DNA of 63,987 nucleotides, counting the filler, from Reticulomyxa filosa (taxonomy: Eukaryota; Protista; Foraminifera): NCBI GenBank assembly GCA_000512085.1. It is 18 parts of 18 records of this genome, joined end to end, with 100 filler letters (N's around TTAATTAATTAA, not from the genome) between each part and the next. Parts side by side here need not be neighbours in the genome. Positions count along the whole stretch, not along the records: positions 1 to 3,734 come from ASPP01003089.1; positions 3,835 to 8,333 come from ASPP01020561.1; positions 8,434 to 12,461 come from ASPP01010791.1; positions 12,562 to 14,807 come from ASPP01010040.1; 14 more parts are not named here. The stretch is one strand, 5' to 3'. The notes below the pieces were generated by a model that was not told the origin of the DNA, did no database searches, and saw only the letters and a program-made list of their open reading frames with translations. The position numbers and the translations under genes were made by a program. This document shows, one piece after another, positions 1 to 13,152 of the stretch. Within the stretch, counting starts at the first letter, position 1. Each line of letters opens with the position of its first letter.

Positions 1-3000
1 CCACAGCGGCGAGTTCTTTGAGAGAGTTGATAGTAGAGAGAGAGGGGCTCGGCTGCTGATATAAAATATTGCCATGTATCCACTCAGCAGGGCCCAGCGC
101 CGCCAACACGTTGCCATATCCAAGCTTTTGTTTTCATTGGAAAATAATGGAGCAACTTTTGAATAGTCGATCCAATTATCGATTGGCACGACATTGTTGC
201 TTTTTGTAATAAATAACGCAACAACGTTAATTCTTTTCCGCACACCAACAGCAGCGATACTCAAATATTGGCGCAAATAACACCAGTCCAATGTCTTAAA
301 TTGACAAATTAATAGAGAAGAACACGGACTGTGTTTCATCGTTGTCATCATCGTTGATACTGCTCTCGATATTATCACACACCATCCAGTAACTTCCATT
401 GAGGGGGCGCACTATATGAAATTAGTCCATGTTAAGTACGCGCAAAGCCGCTGCTTGTGTGTGTGAATAGCGATAACCAAAGTAACATTGACAACCGATC
501 TTTTCTTTTTTTTTAAAGCAAATCCAACGATGGAATGGCCTTGGAATAATCTTTTTCTGTCCTCTTCTTATTTGTTAATGATACTGGCTTGATTATTGCA
601 AAACTTATCCACAAAATTGGAGCCACCACATCAGAAGAATAGTTCCATGTTAGAGTGTCTTACTCGATCGCCATATGTGGTTGTCTCCTGTAACATCTGC
701 ACCCTCTTCCATTTCTTCTAACAATCCAGTCGATATCGTTTTTTTTATGCAGTATTTTCATATCTTTCTTTCTGGATGTTGGCGCTGCTCGATTACGAAC
801 GAAAGCAAACTTACCAAGAATAGATACTGTCCTTGATTGAACTAGGGTAATTTTTTCCATTTATTCCAATGTCATCATATGGACGGATATTTCTAAATAC
901 GAAGTTCTTTCACTATCATTACCCTTGTGATGAGGGATACGTCGGATAATGTCTGTTCTTAAAATTTCCATTACAATGAGTGTCTATTCGATAATATTTG
1001 GCTTGGCGATCTAATGATGGAGTGATATACAATTTGAATTTATTCTTCGTTATTGGACGTGTTCGTTCTTGACGTTCTTGACGTTCTTGATTACCATGGT
1101 TCAACGATTTATGACCACTACGCGATTCACGATTTAAAACTTACGTCGACTCGAACCCAATTCAAGAAAATTCTCCAAGTGCTGGGATAATGCAACAAGT
1201 ACAAAATATTGCATCGCATCCAACACATCGTTCGTGGTCCATAGTTGATCCAGGAGACTGTCGAACAAGCACCGATTATCTTTACCGAATAATGCAAGGT
1301 ACGCGACTCTTACTAGTAGAAAATGAAGCTATCTATCTTTCTCTATCTATCTTCACCTATCATCAATTCCTTATGTCACTTGCAAGCTCACTATTCCTCC
1401 CATCAGCAGCACACGCGCGATTCGAAATCCAAAGTTGCGACTGTGCGCATGCGCAAGACTATCTTCGACACAAATTGTTAACATTATTTCTACTACAACC
1501 TTGCTCGTTGGAGATAATAGATTGCAGTTCGACTTATGTCTGGAAACGTAAAGTCGTCACTCGCAGGCGTGAAGTAAACTAATTTTTTTTTTGTTTTTTT
1601 TTAAAGATCCAACACGATATGATTTCAATTTTCTCTTTTTTATCTTCGTTGTCATCCTCCTAATCGTCTTTTTCTTCTTGCTTGCCGATGTGTTGACGGA
1701 TTTTCGGGCAACTCCTTCACTAAATTGGGCCACTCTCACATGGAACGATTCTCCTGATGTTGTGGTTTTCTTGGTCGCCATAAGTGGGCTTTTTTTAACA
1801 ATTTCCTCGCTATCCACTTTTTCTCTGCCGACATTGCGACACCACAATGTCCGTATCATTTCTTTCTTTTTTTTTTTCTTGGTAAGTGTGCTTTCGTCGT
1901 TTGTTGATCAAGATCTCGATTGTCCGGATTGAACTGGAAACATCTTATCTACTAGAGCTGATAGACTTCGTACGAAACGTCCTTGCAATGATAGACATTG
2001 TTTGCGCAGATATTTTCAGTATATCCAACGTTTCAATGGCGATATGACTATTGATGGAATATCATTCTTATCATTTTTTTTCATTCTTGGGCGTATTCGC
2101 TGCTTCTATTGGCATATGCACGATACAATCTCCAAAGTTGCGAGCGTGCGCACGCACACAACAAATTTCTAGTGTTTTTTTTAGCTATCATAAAACTAGA
2201 GTTATTTCCATAAAATTGAGTGTACATTGCTTTTTGGCTCCGGCAGATCGCAGTTTGGCACTTTCTTTGGGCTGTGCAAGTCAACAATTATTCGCATATA
2301 TTTGTGTGCTGACGTTGATGGCGAGCAAGTTCTTTACAGTGCCATACATTGACATACTAGTTTTGAATCTTCAATTGAATCACACCATGGGAAGTCAGTT
2401 CACGCCCGCGAGTGGCGAATTTGCGCATTTCCAGACATTAATGGCAATTTCCATAACCAAAGTCAAAAAGCCGGCCAGATGTGTTTTTTTTTAAAAAATC
2501 CAACGCGATGTGACTTTTGGCTTTTCTTTATTCTATTCATCATCATAATTTCCATTTCTTGCTGGCAGTATCTTGATTGAGTTTCGCCACAACTCATTCA
2601 CCACTTTGCACGATATCATTACGTTTTTTTTCTTGGTCGTACCAACGATTCATCAAATCAGCAAACGCTCAATCCAAACTCGCGAATGTGCGCACACAAC
2701 TTCTTTGCTGCTTCAACAAGTCGATCGTCGGAACCAGTCGATCATTAGATAATGCGATAAAGATAATATGCACTTATCGACAAATTCAATACACTGTATT
2801 TTTCCTATCACCACACAAATAATAAAAATAAAATTTGCGTATACACACACGTACACGATACAATAGACAAGTATCCAATATTCGCTTTTTCTTTAACGTA
2901 CTAAAACTGGCTCACGTTCCACAACTGTCGAGTACGATCTACTGGCACCGACGAATCTATTTGGCACTTTGCCACCATATAAACTGCTGTTGCTGTTTTG

Positions 3001-3734
3001 CTTCTTTTTCTTTTTTTTCTTCATCATTCTTTTTCAATTCATAATTTTCATATACTTTTCCTTTTTTTCTCTTTTTATCTCTTTTTTTTTACTTTAATCT
3101 TTTTTTTCTTTTTTTCACATTGCCATTTTTTTTTATTATATTTTCCAACTTTTTTTTTTTCATTTTTAAATTTTCTCATTATTTTTAATTTTTCTCAAAT
3201 AAAAATTTTTCCCATATTTTTTAACATCATTTTTCCCCACCCTATTTTTCAACCACCTATTTTTCCCCCAACTGATTTTTCCCCCCAACTGATTTTTTCC
3301 ACCAAATTGTTTTTTCCCTCCAACATTTTTGCCCTACTATCTCTAAATAAAAATTAAAAAAAACTTTTGGCTTTTTTTGAACATAGGGTTGCTTCGACCT
3401 CGAAGTTTTTCTTTGTAGGGAGGGTACACATAATTTTTTTTTTTTTGAACATAGGGCTGCGGCTGTTATTGCAAAACACAAAATACCATTATGTTAAAAA
3501 AATAAAAAAATGAAAATAGATATAACAAACCATAATTTCTCCTTGCGGAGACGGGGGGCCTTACCCCGTTCTCTTTTTCTTTTGTTGTAAGATGCACAGC
3601 ATCCGAACAGAAAAGCCATTTTTTTTTTTGGACTGCTGTAAAAAGCAAACCATTTTTGTTTTTTTAAGTTGAAAAATTTAAAAAAACAACAAAAAAGAGA
3701 TACCAGTGGAAGAGGGTGCAATCACCCTAATGAC
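1..3734 (-). repeat. Degenerate dispersed repeat or pseudogene family, copy A (possible DNA-transposon relic)
   Basis: Colinear similarity to 37796-40521, e.g. ccatccagtaacttccattgagggg vs ccatccagcagcttccattgagggg, and ttactcgatcgccatatgtg vs ttactcgtcgccatatgtg. Minus-strand coding-like sequence is broken by many stops and frameshifts. T-rich end carries short tandem subrepeats. Confidence 0.7.
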
Positions 3735-3834
3735 NNNNNNNNNNNNNNNNNNNNNNNNNNNNNNNNNNNNNNNNNNNNTTAATTAATTAANNNNNNNNNN
3801 NNNNNNNNNNNNNNNNNNNNNNNNNNNNNNNNNN
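3735..3834. other. Artificial contig-joining spacer (N44-TTAATTAATTAA-N44); first of 17
   Basis: The identical 100-bp six-frame-stop linker recurs at 8334, 12462, 14808, 19392, 20605, 21829, 23074, 24500, 25659, 27715, 29516, 32781, 37696, 40522, 41774 and 60691. Confidence 0.99.
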
Positions 3835-3865
<31 letters not shown>

Positions 3866-4253
3866 GGTGGGTTTCATCCAATATTGGACTTTGAAAAAAA
3901 TTATTCGGGTAAGGAAAATGAACATGAACGTGCACCAGGGATCGAAGATGAAATTGAAGATGCTCTTTTAAATCAATTTGAAGATCTCACTGCAAGTGGC
4001 TCCGCTAAAGAAAAACTTCTCAATAGAAAGTCATTCTCTCCTAAACTAAAACCACTTCATAAAATGGTTCATCTTTGATCTTTTTTTTTTTTTTTTAATT
4101 CAACAAAAATTCGTGTGGTTTATGTAAAACCCTTTCGGTTCCAACAAAAAGGACGAAATCTTAAATCAAAAGAGTGACGACGAAAACAAATATAGTAATG
4201 AAAGTGTTGTAATAACTACGACACAAGATAACTCTACACAACAATCGACCTAG
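3866..4253 (+). CDS. 3' end of a hypothetical protein gene (two exons, partial)
   Basis: Coding-like exon DFEKNYSGKENEHERAPGIEDEIEDALLNQFEDL, intron GTTCAT..AAAG, last exon DEILNQKSDDENKY..QQST*. Confidence 0.45.
4127..4145. other. 454 FLX paired-end linker remnant (artifact)
   Basis: AAACCCTTTCGGTTCCAAC matches the 3' part of the palindromic FLX linker GTTGGAACCGAAAGGGTTTGAATTCAAACCCTTTCGGTTCCAAC. Confidence 0.8.
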
Positions 4254-6331
4254 TTGAATAGTATAGAACAAGGAGAAAAAAAACAATCTCTATTTATTAC
4301 AAAATAAAATTAGAATACAAATTAAACAGTTGGTTTCTCATTTGGTTCTTTCCACAAATCTTTTTTGTTGTTGAGTTATTTACCAAGTTTTGTTTTGTTT
4401 TTGTGCTATATAAATCAAATAAACATTACATTTTCCTCAATGTCTACGTGGAGGTATGGCTTAGATTGCAAGTGTAATAAACTGCTGTATGTGTCAAAAA
4501 AGACAAGCATGTATTCAAATGAGGACATTGGCTCCTCTCTTTTAATCAAAATACAGGTTTTGTAAAAACTTATTATTATACTGTAATAGAACCGATTTTG
4601 TTGTGTTTGATGTTTTGCACATAACACGTTATTAATGCTCAATAATTTCAGTTTATTTCATCACTAATTGACCCGAAAAAGGCTTTTATTTGTTAGTTGT
4701 ATAGTCCTACTATCCATATTTTCCACACGGGTCAAATGTGGTTTGATGAACAAATTGAGCTACAAAGGGCATGTGTATTTGTGTTCATACTTTATTTTAA
4801 AAGTTAATTTTTTGTTATCCTTTGAGCATATCGAAACTTAACATCCTACACCAAACAAGGCACGAATAGTGAACGTTCCTGTTGGCCTTTTTTAAAAAGT
4901 TTTAGTTTGTCCGTGAAATTCGTTTTGTTTCTCTTTCTTCAAAAGAACATTTGAGTAATGATTATCATTTCGCTGGTATATATTTTTGTTTTTTTGTTTT
5001 TTTTTTAAATGACGACGCTGTGAAGTAGGCTTGGCTCTGACACGTTTCCTTTTGAAACGTGGATTGATTAGGAGCTTCACACTGAATCATTTTTTTTCTT
5101 TTGTTCGCCTCTTTTGTCAAGCTGCGAAAAATATTAATTTGTATTGTGTGTCAACAGGCAAAAGTTTGGTTAAACAATTTTGATACTTTTTTTAAAGTGC
5201 AAAAAAAAGGAAACGCGTAAATGCGGTGGTAATAGCGAAATTTTTTGTTGTGAGTGTTGCGCCAAATTTACAAATTAGTTGTACAAGCTTTTTTGAAGAA
5301 TAATAATCGGAATTAATTTAAAAATTACTTTTTAAAATGAATTTTTTTTTGTATAAGATATTGCCTGACCAATTCAGGTTCTCCATATGTTATTTGAATT
5401 TCGCTTGTCGTGCAGTTATTAATGTTCAATTCAAAATGAAGCCCCTTTTGTAAATATTCACGGTTGGCTTCCCTTAACAGATTTTTTGAAGATACCTTAG
5501 CCTAATTTATAAAAAAAATTATGTAGCGTGTCGATAAAAGAGAAATAAAGATATGATATTAACTTCTGAAATACAAATCATCGGGCAAAGAAGTGATAGC
5601 CCACACGTACACAAACACAACAAATAACCAAATGATTGGCAAAAACAACAAGGCCATGCTTGCGTTAGTCTATCATTTAATTCTTCCATTAAACGAACAT
5701 AATCTGAAGATGATATCTATAAATTAATAATCAACAAGTACGCATTATGTTCGAGACAACTTCAATACTTGTGCCTATCTGAGAATAACATTAACATGAT
5801 TAGCAAGCTCGGATGGATACCTTGAATCATAGGCATTGTACAAGCCTAAAATACAACATTTTCCTGTTGGCTGTACGTGAATAACATTGACTTGAGGGTC
5901 GTTTAGTGGTTCGTTTGTTTTTTTTATTTTGAGCTTTGAATTTGAGGTAGGTTTGACTTGTTGAGGATGTATTAAGACATGTGATTCTCCAGTGTCTTGT
6001 TGCGTTGCGAGTGATCTCGCTTTCATTGTCTTGGGAACGTTGACCCTTTTTGTTTTCGGGACTCTGGCGTTTTGGCAGTGTTTGGTTGTTTAAAGGGTAC
6101 TGCAAAAATAAGTGGATCATTTTTTCACGTTATAATAAATAAAGCCAGTTGCTTACTTTTTAAAACCGAAACGTTTAGCATTTTCTCGCCAAGAGTTGAG
6201 AAATAATCTCTGACAAAAATAAAAGTACAAGAAAGGAGCCGTGTAGGGTTAGACTCAACCACAGCAAAAAGGCTTAGATTTTTCATACTTCTGTTTGCAT
6301 TTTAAGCTTTACCTTCGGCCTAGAACTGAAC

Positions 6332-6972
6332 ATGTTTGCATTTTTACAAAATAAACAACCGATTTATCAAAATTATGGTGTGGTGTTACCAATGCTTGCC
6401 TTTTGGATGGCCACGGACAGCTATGACATTGTTTTGACGAATCGTGAATACTCTCCAGAGCATCAAGCCGAAAGGAAAGAAATTACGGCGAAGAATCCTT
6501 TAATTGCAAAACTTTGGCGTCGCTACTTGCAGTCAGCAATGACTCTTGGTGTAATTGGACATGTGTATGACTTGCTAGTGTTTTTGGGCCATGGCGAGGA
6601 ACCGTATGTAAAAAAAACCCATTTTTTTACATTTGGGAGCCGAGCACACGTGATCAGTGGCCAGCTTATTTGATTGAGCGTTTGATCTTTAAATTGCCAG
6701 TTATCATTAAATTAGCGCACTTGGGCTATCGTATGTGTTGGTCCGATGAAGCGAAACAAAGCAAGAGATTTACTTTTGCTCAGCGCTGTTTAATCCAAGC
6801 TTGGCTGTTGATCATCGCTCCATTTGGCCACATGAATGAAGTCCTTGAGAGAAAAAGTAAGTTATCGTGGTACTGGGATTACATCCATACCTTTTTGCAT
6901 TTGAACGTACACTTATCTGTTCCTTGGTTTTACGACAAGTTTTATTACGGAACCATTAATAAATTAGATTAA
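6332..6972 (+). CDS. Small multi-pass membrane protein of unknown function (two exons)
   Basis: ORFs 6332-6673 and 6670-6972 are joined by a GTATGT..CCAG intron (~6604-6665). Joining needs one homopolymer correction in a T-run near 6581. Contains hydrophobic segments. Confidence 0.6.
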
Positions 6973-7660
6973 TGTTAATTAAAAAAACTAGGGAAGGGAA
7001 AGGGGGTTAGAAATTGTCACGTGTTAAGATTTGTAGGAATTTGTGAAGTTTTTTTTTGTGGTTCTTTACGGCTTTGGAACTACAAAATCATTCTACCTTT
7101 TGTTTTTTTTTCATAAATGAAGGCAAAATACGACGTATATCCACAACACAGACCTCAATGTGTACTTGTCATCCTTTGATATTTTTTGTTCATGCCTGCT
7201 CGGCATTTGAACTTTTCCATTAATTCACATTGCAAAAAAGCTTTGAAACAATTTCAAATGTTTGCAAAAATAAGCAAGAGCAAAAGAAAAACAGAAAATA
7301 ATTTGTTCAAAAAATAAGTAATAAAAGGATAGTTAGATAATTTTTGACCTTTTTTTTTTTAAAGAAGAGGTAAATTAGATGCAGACGTTTTTTGCTGATG
7401 TAGTACTTGTTCACACAATTTGTATCTAAAAATTCTTTCATTTGGATAAATTTTTTTCTGAATACAAAATGGGACACGTAAATGTAGAATCAGACGACGA
7501 AGTCTGGAAACTGGATGACGACTGAACAAAGTCGAAGAGGGGATGGGAAAGTTCAGCTTCCTTGAGTCAATGTTTAAACCTGACAGAAGGAAAGACATTT
7601 GAGCAGAAAGTTTAATCATTTGAGCTTAATAACAAATAGAAAACAAAAACCAATCGTCCA

Positions 7661-8333
7661 ATGTTTTTGCTTTCATTTTTGTTTTTGCAGTCAGCTTTAA
7701 CAGTTGCATGGTCGCAAACCACACCCCGAAATGACATCAGTTACATGCATTTGTTTTAGGACACGAATATTTTTTCAATTCCTTTGTAACAAGAAAAATA
7801 AAAATGGTAGCCGCAAATACAACCAACAACAATAACGATAACAAATACTCACAAACAGTAGGTAACCAGGAATGACCGCGGAATTAGCTTTGTTGTTTAT
7901 TTAAGAGGGAGGGGAGAAGAGGGAGGGGGAGGGACGGAAGAAAATTTTTTTTTTTTTCCTCCACCTTCCTCTTTTTGTTGCCGCCAATCTGAACGGACTA
8001 CATATACATATATAAAAATACACGATACGATATGTTAATCTACAAATGCAAAATGTATTTTGTATATGCAGACTGCAATGAATTGGAGATCAGCAGCCGA
8101 GTTCGCTCGGATTTGAACGGTAAATACCAACGCGAAGGAGAATGGTATCAAGGCTTACCTACTTTCTCCACTTTATTCGACGGAAAAAGGAAATATCTGT
8201 GGTGGTCTTCTTACGATGATTTTTCAAGGTTCTTTTATTATTATTCATTGTCACGCTCCTTTTTTTTTTCCCCTTCTCCTCTCTGTCTCTCTCTCTCTCT
8301 CTCTCTTCCTCTAACTTTCACGTTGGACTCTCC
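7661..8333 (+). CDS. Secreted or surface protein, 5' part (truncated by contig end)
   Basis: Signal-peptide-like MFLLSFLFLQSALTVAWSQ. Phase-consistent GT-AG introns give TANTTNNNNDNKYSQTV then DCNELEISSRVRSDLNGKYQREGEWYQGLPTF. Confidence 0.55.
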
Positions 8334-8488
8334 NNNNNNNNNNNNNNNNNNNNNNNNNNNNNNNNNNNNNNNNNNNNTTAATTAATTAANNNNNNNNNNN
8401 NNNNNNNNNNNNNNNNNNNNNNNNNNNNNNNNNAAAAACATACATTCACTTATATATATTATATGTATACATACATAATTAAAGACCC

Positions 8489-9437
8489 TTACAAAAAAAA
8501 AAAAAAAAATCTTTTGGTTAAATACTCGACGTTTGAATTAACTTGAAAAATGAGGACGAGGTCAGCGGCGACGACAGAAGCGAGAGCAGTGACATGGACC
8601 AATGTTTTCGGAATCTCGTACTTGGACAGTGGTCGCCATGTGCGTAGCCACAAATTGAAGCATAGGATGAGTACGTAGAAATATGCCAGAAAGTATCCTG
8701 TGCACAATACCATGCCCAATATACTGCATCCAATACTATTGCCTTGCAGTGGGTTTCTTATTGCCAGTGTTTTTTCATCTTTTTTTTTTTTTTTTTAATT
8801 AATAATATAATAATAAAAAAAGGTTTTGAAGGAAGGCTTTTCACAAAATTAAAAAAAAAATAAAAATATATATATACATATATGTATACATGTATATGGA
8901 TGATAATAGTTCCTTTTTTTCTTTTTAAATACCAGAGTTGCAAAAAAATGTTGAAAAGTGGTCATTGGTTAGGATGTGTGTCAAATGTGGAACCAATAAT
9001 GGCACGTATATTAAAAAAAAACCAATATTACAAAAAAATAATGAATCGTAGGATAGACTCGAAGTTTGAAACGACTCCTTCTTCTCAATGTGTTCGCAGA
9101 TATTATTGATCAAAAAGATCACGTTACATACAAAAGACGCCAATACTACACACAAGTAAATTATATTGATCTGCTCAATTTCGTCACTTTTCATGTCCGG
9201 TGATATCCAAATATCTTTACTACAGTACAAGCCACAGCCTTGTTCATATGCCGCATACTGTGTTGAAACTAAAGGTAGAGAACAATTAGTTATATCTCCA
9301 CAATACCCACCAATAAACCAAGCAAATTCCAGCAATAGCACCCAATAGACGGACATGTCCTTTCTTTGGGTTTCTTCTTAAAATTTTGGATGTTGCGAAC
9401 GCCCTGTCGCAGTACTCCAGTTTTTATTCGACGACAT
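8489..9437 (-). CDS. GPCR-like (cAMP-receptor/secretin/frizzled-type) 7TM protein, N-terminal part
   Basis: Cys-containing ectodomain followed by TM1 (IIYLCVVLASFVCNVIFLI), TM2, TM3 (GYFLAYFYVLILCFNLW) and TM4 (LVHVTALASVVAADLVLIF). Truncated at the contig end. Confidence 0.5.
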
Positions 9438-10356
9438 TCCGATTAGAACGGAGCGCATCCCAAAAGGACATTACACAGAAAATATACTCCGCCGCAGTAA
9501 AAATAAAGTGTATTGATATAATATTTAAACATTAATTTTTTCTTTTTTCTTGGATGTTCGGCTGTGCAAAAACCACTCGATTATATACATAAATATGCTG
9601 TTACATGTGTCTTTCTTCACATCACACATATCTTATGTTATTTTTTTATTCACCTGAAGGATGAATCTAATTTTGCGAAAAATAAAATTAAATCATAAAA
9701 AGCATTACAACAACTATACGTCTTTGTATTATTTTGAAGAATTATTTGTGTTCTTCATTTTGTTAACAAAAATGTGTGCTAAGTAAATTATTTTTGATAA
9801 TTTGATAATTAAAAGTGTTGTACATGTTCTCTAATTGATTACCATACCATTTCGAAGAAATAATAGAAATAAATACATACATAATTGATTTTTAATTTAA
9901 ATTGTATATTTGTCTTGTGATAAATGTTTTTCACGTTGTTCAATTTCAGTATGCAACGAAGAATACATTATGACATTTGTGATATAGAAGCACAAACATT
10001 ATAATGTGATCACACGATCAGCAATCCAATATATAATACAATTAAATTGATTAATACAGAGTAAAAAGAAGACTGCTATGGCGTTAGTACTACAAATATT
10101 TGTTGGAATTTTTGCCACAAAAATTTATTTCAATTGATATTGTCGGAAATTTCAATATGGTAACAAGTCATTTTTTGTACATTTCTAAATCGATAATCTG
10201 CAAATAATGGTAGTTATTTTGTAAAGTTTTGTAACTTTTCTTACAGAGCGTTTGGTTTTTTAAAAAAAGACCTTTGAGACACTAAAAAAGACGAGTTATA
10301 TCCGTCAATAAAAATAATAAAATAAAACAAAAACAGAGACAAATCCGCATTTGATT

Positions 10357-12461
10357 ATGACGGTGGAGACAAATTTGACATTGCTTGCTGCTTCTACTGT
10401 CGCACTAGTTGTGAGTTGGTTGATAGTAAGGAAGAGATTATCTTATCATGAATACAGTCACGATTATTGGCTGGCATACTGGGAGTACGACCACATAACA
10501 TCGGAGAGCCAACAACAACAAAGCACCCCGGCGCATAAGTATTCACTTGTTGTGGAAAGGTCATCCCATAACTTGCCAATGGGCCAGGACGACTTCAAAG
10601 ATGCGAATTCTGGTGCGTGTGTTTGTTGCGAATGGGGTTTTTTTTTTCCCCCCCCCCCCTTTCGTTGTATCGTTTTCAATAATTGTAAACAAAAAAAAAA
10701 TTGATGAGGACCTCTCAAAAAGACCCTCCTTTTTTTTAAAAAAAAAAAAAAAAAAAAAAGGAAGGGCTTTTGGAAATCACAACAATTGTGTGAGAATAGA
10801 AGTGGAAGAAGAAACAGAAACAGAAACGGATACAGAAAACAAACAGAGCGGACAAGACAAAGAGAAACTAGCATACCCACATATGACGGCAAAGAACCTG
10901 CTCCATGCGCCACTGCAGCCAGATGCAGTGCCGACAGCGAGCGGAAGCGGGAACAATGTGAACGTAAGATGGCAGAGCGACTTGAGCAGTCGCGACAGCA
11001 ACACAAGCAATGGAAATGATAGCTATGAAGCAATGAGTATGAGACCGTCAGCAAAGGCATTTTTGTCGATTGAGATTAAGCCTGAACACCACATCCCCGA
11101 AAAGGCCGCCCTCCATCGTGAGGGAGACGCGTTCATAGAAACAAGGGCGTTGAATCACATTACACGCAATGTTGTGGAGCAGAGCATTTCCAATATGTAT
11201 CGCCGACACAGCGTGCGTGAGGCGTCCGAGCCATTTCAATATTTCCCAAAGCTGTTGGACAGATATTTGAATGGTGGCTTCAATAAGACCGCTTCGAAAA
11301 GAAAGAAACTGCAAAAATCACGCAATAATAACACTGATAAAAAAACCCACTCATTTACACACAAAAAAAACAAGTTAATAAAGAAGAAGAAGCAAAAGAT
11401 AAAGAGGAAGAAGAAGAAAAACAACAACAACAACAACGACATGAAGAAAAATATGGTAACAAAAATTTGGGATCAGAATCAGATTCGGATGTGGACAACA
11501 ACAAAGATCAATTGCAAACGCAGCAGCAGCAGCAACGACAAGGCGATTTGAGTGCCCCTTCGTGGTCACGTGTGAACAGTTGTGCATCGACCTCACAACA
11601 GTCACTGTGTCGATGGAGGGGGACATTATTCCTTGGATCGTTCCCAACGATCATCGATTGCAGAGCGTGGTAATCGACCACGGCGGCAATGCCATCGACA
11701 TCACGAATCGAAGCAAACACGTTGCGTTGGACAAAGAAGCCAACGCACTCACTACCAACGCGGATAGCTCCAATTCTGGCCAACCTATCAATTCCTCTAC
11801 TCCCTCCGTCAATGTCAATAATCTTGTCCGAGTCACCGTGCCTTCACCCAATCCACCCACTGTTTCCGATGCAAACATTGCCAATACTACAACAACAACA
11901 ACACTACTACTACTACTACTACTACTACGGGTACTACCACCACCATGACTGCTACTGCTACTGCCACTGCTGCCAATAATTTCGTTTCCCCAACTTATGA
12001 AATGTCACCGCTTTCCACTCGAGATCGACCTAATCCTACAGACAAACCCTTATACAATAACATTGTGTTGCAACCCTTGGCCAATACCACTTCCCACTTT
12101 TCTTTTTCTCGACTGCACTTGAAAGGGTTCACCAATCAAAATCATCATATCGACAACGCTGTCATTCGCATTCTCGTTACGTCTGTTGTGCGTTGTATCT
12201 TTTTGTGTGAATACTGCAACTTGTGATCCCTCTTTTTTTTTTTTTTTTTTGAAATAGGTTCCTTGCTGTGGGAGCACTTACGATCTCATTTCAATAGAAA
12301 ATCACATTGTCCAAACCTATCCACATATTTCCACGTTCAAAATCATTGGCGTAGAGTTGTCTCGTTTGGCCATACTGGTGCATTTCTGTGTATTTGTGTA
12401 TGTGCGTATGTGCGTGTACGCTATGTACGCAAATATACATATGTATATATACATATATATG
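10357..12461 (+). CDS. Hypothetical protein with N-terminal membrane anchor and low-complexity Q/T/E/N tracts (partial, frameshifted)
   Basis: MTVETNLTLLAASTVALVVSWLIVRKR anchor; overlapping coding-like ORFs 10547-11551, 11467-11673, 11562-11948 and 11945-12226; trinucleotide repeats. Confidence 0.55.
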
Positions 12462-12714
12462 NNNNNNNNNNNNNNNNNNNNNNNNNNNNNNNNNNNNNNN
12501 NNNNNTTAATTAATTAANNNNNNNNNNNNNNNNNNNNNNNNNNNNNNNNNNNNNNNNNNNNCGAGTAAAAGTTGATTCTACGTATGGACGGTTTTGCAAA
12601 AATGAAGTAAATAGATTATTTTGGAACTATTTTCATTGGTGTAAAACGCCAAAAGCAAGAAATATATGTGATATTTGTAATACAAATCAGGACTGTAGAG
12701 CCATGTTTTTTTAT

Positions 12715-13152
12715 TGATTGGTGAAAATCTGTTGATTTGTTGGAAAATTAGACTGCGATCAATGTTGTTCAAAACAATATTTTTTTTTATAACGAAGCCT
12801 TACGAGAAAGCGAATGCTCCTAAGTGACTATTGAAAACACCAATTGCTAATAAATGATTTCGAAGAGTTTATCTGTTACTCTTTCCGCTGTGTTAAAAAA
12901 AATATTTTGTTGATACTTTGCTTTTTTATATTAGAACGAAAATGAGTGTTAAATATCAAAATATGATAAAATGACTATTATTTTCCAATTTTAAAAATGA
13001 AAAATAAAATTGAAGTGTTTAAACCAAAGTATTACGTCAGAGCCAACTATTTTCAATCGATTGGTGAAATTTATGTGAAATAACTTTGTTTTTGATAAAG
13101 TTAGACTGCGAGCAGTGTTGTTCCAAACGGCATTTTTTTTATAGCGAAGCCT
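12715..13152. repeat. Degenerate ~90-bp direct repeat (two copies)
   Basis: GATTGGTGAAA..TTAGACTGCGA..TGTTGTTC..TTTTTTTTATA.CGAAGCCTT occurs at ~12715-12802 and ~13058-13152. Confidence 0.7.

Noticed and set aside
370-430. Ulp1/C48 protease motif (HIVxLNGSxW) in the repeat family
   Set aside because: The catalytic His before Trp is absent in both copies, and no QxNxxDCG motif was found.
2998-3357. Phe/Ile-rich ORFs (also 40081-40573, 27417-27766) and antisense ORFs over real genes
   Set aside because: These are translations of T-rich low-complexity DNA or shadow frames of opposite-strand exons.
3779-3790. Recurrent TTAATTAATTAA as a biological repeat or CRISPR-like array
   Set aside because: It is always centred in 44+44 Ns, so it is an artificial contig linker. 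ORFs ending in XXXLIN are artifacts.
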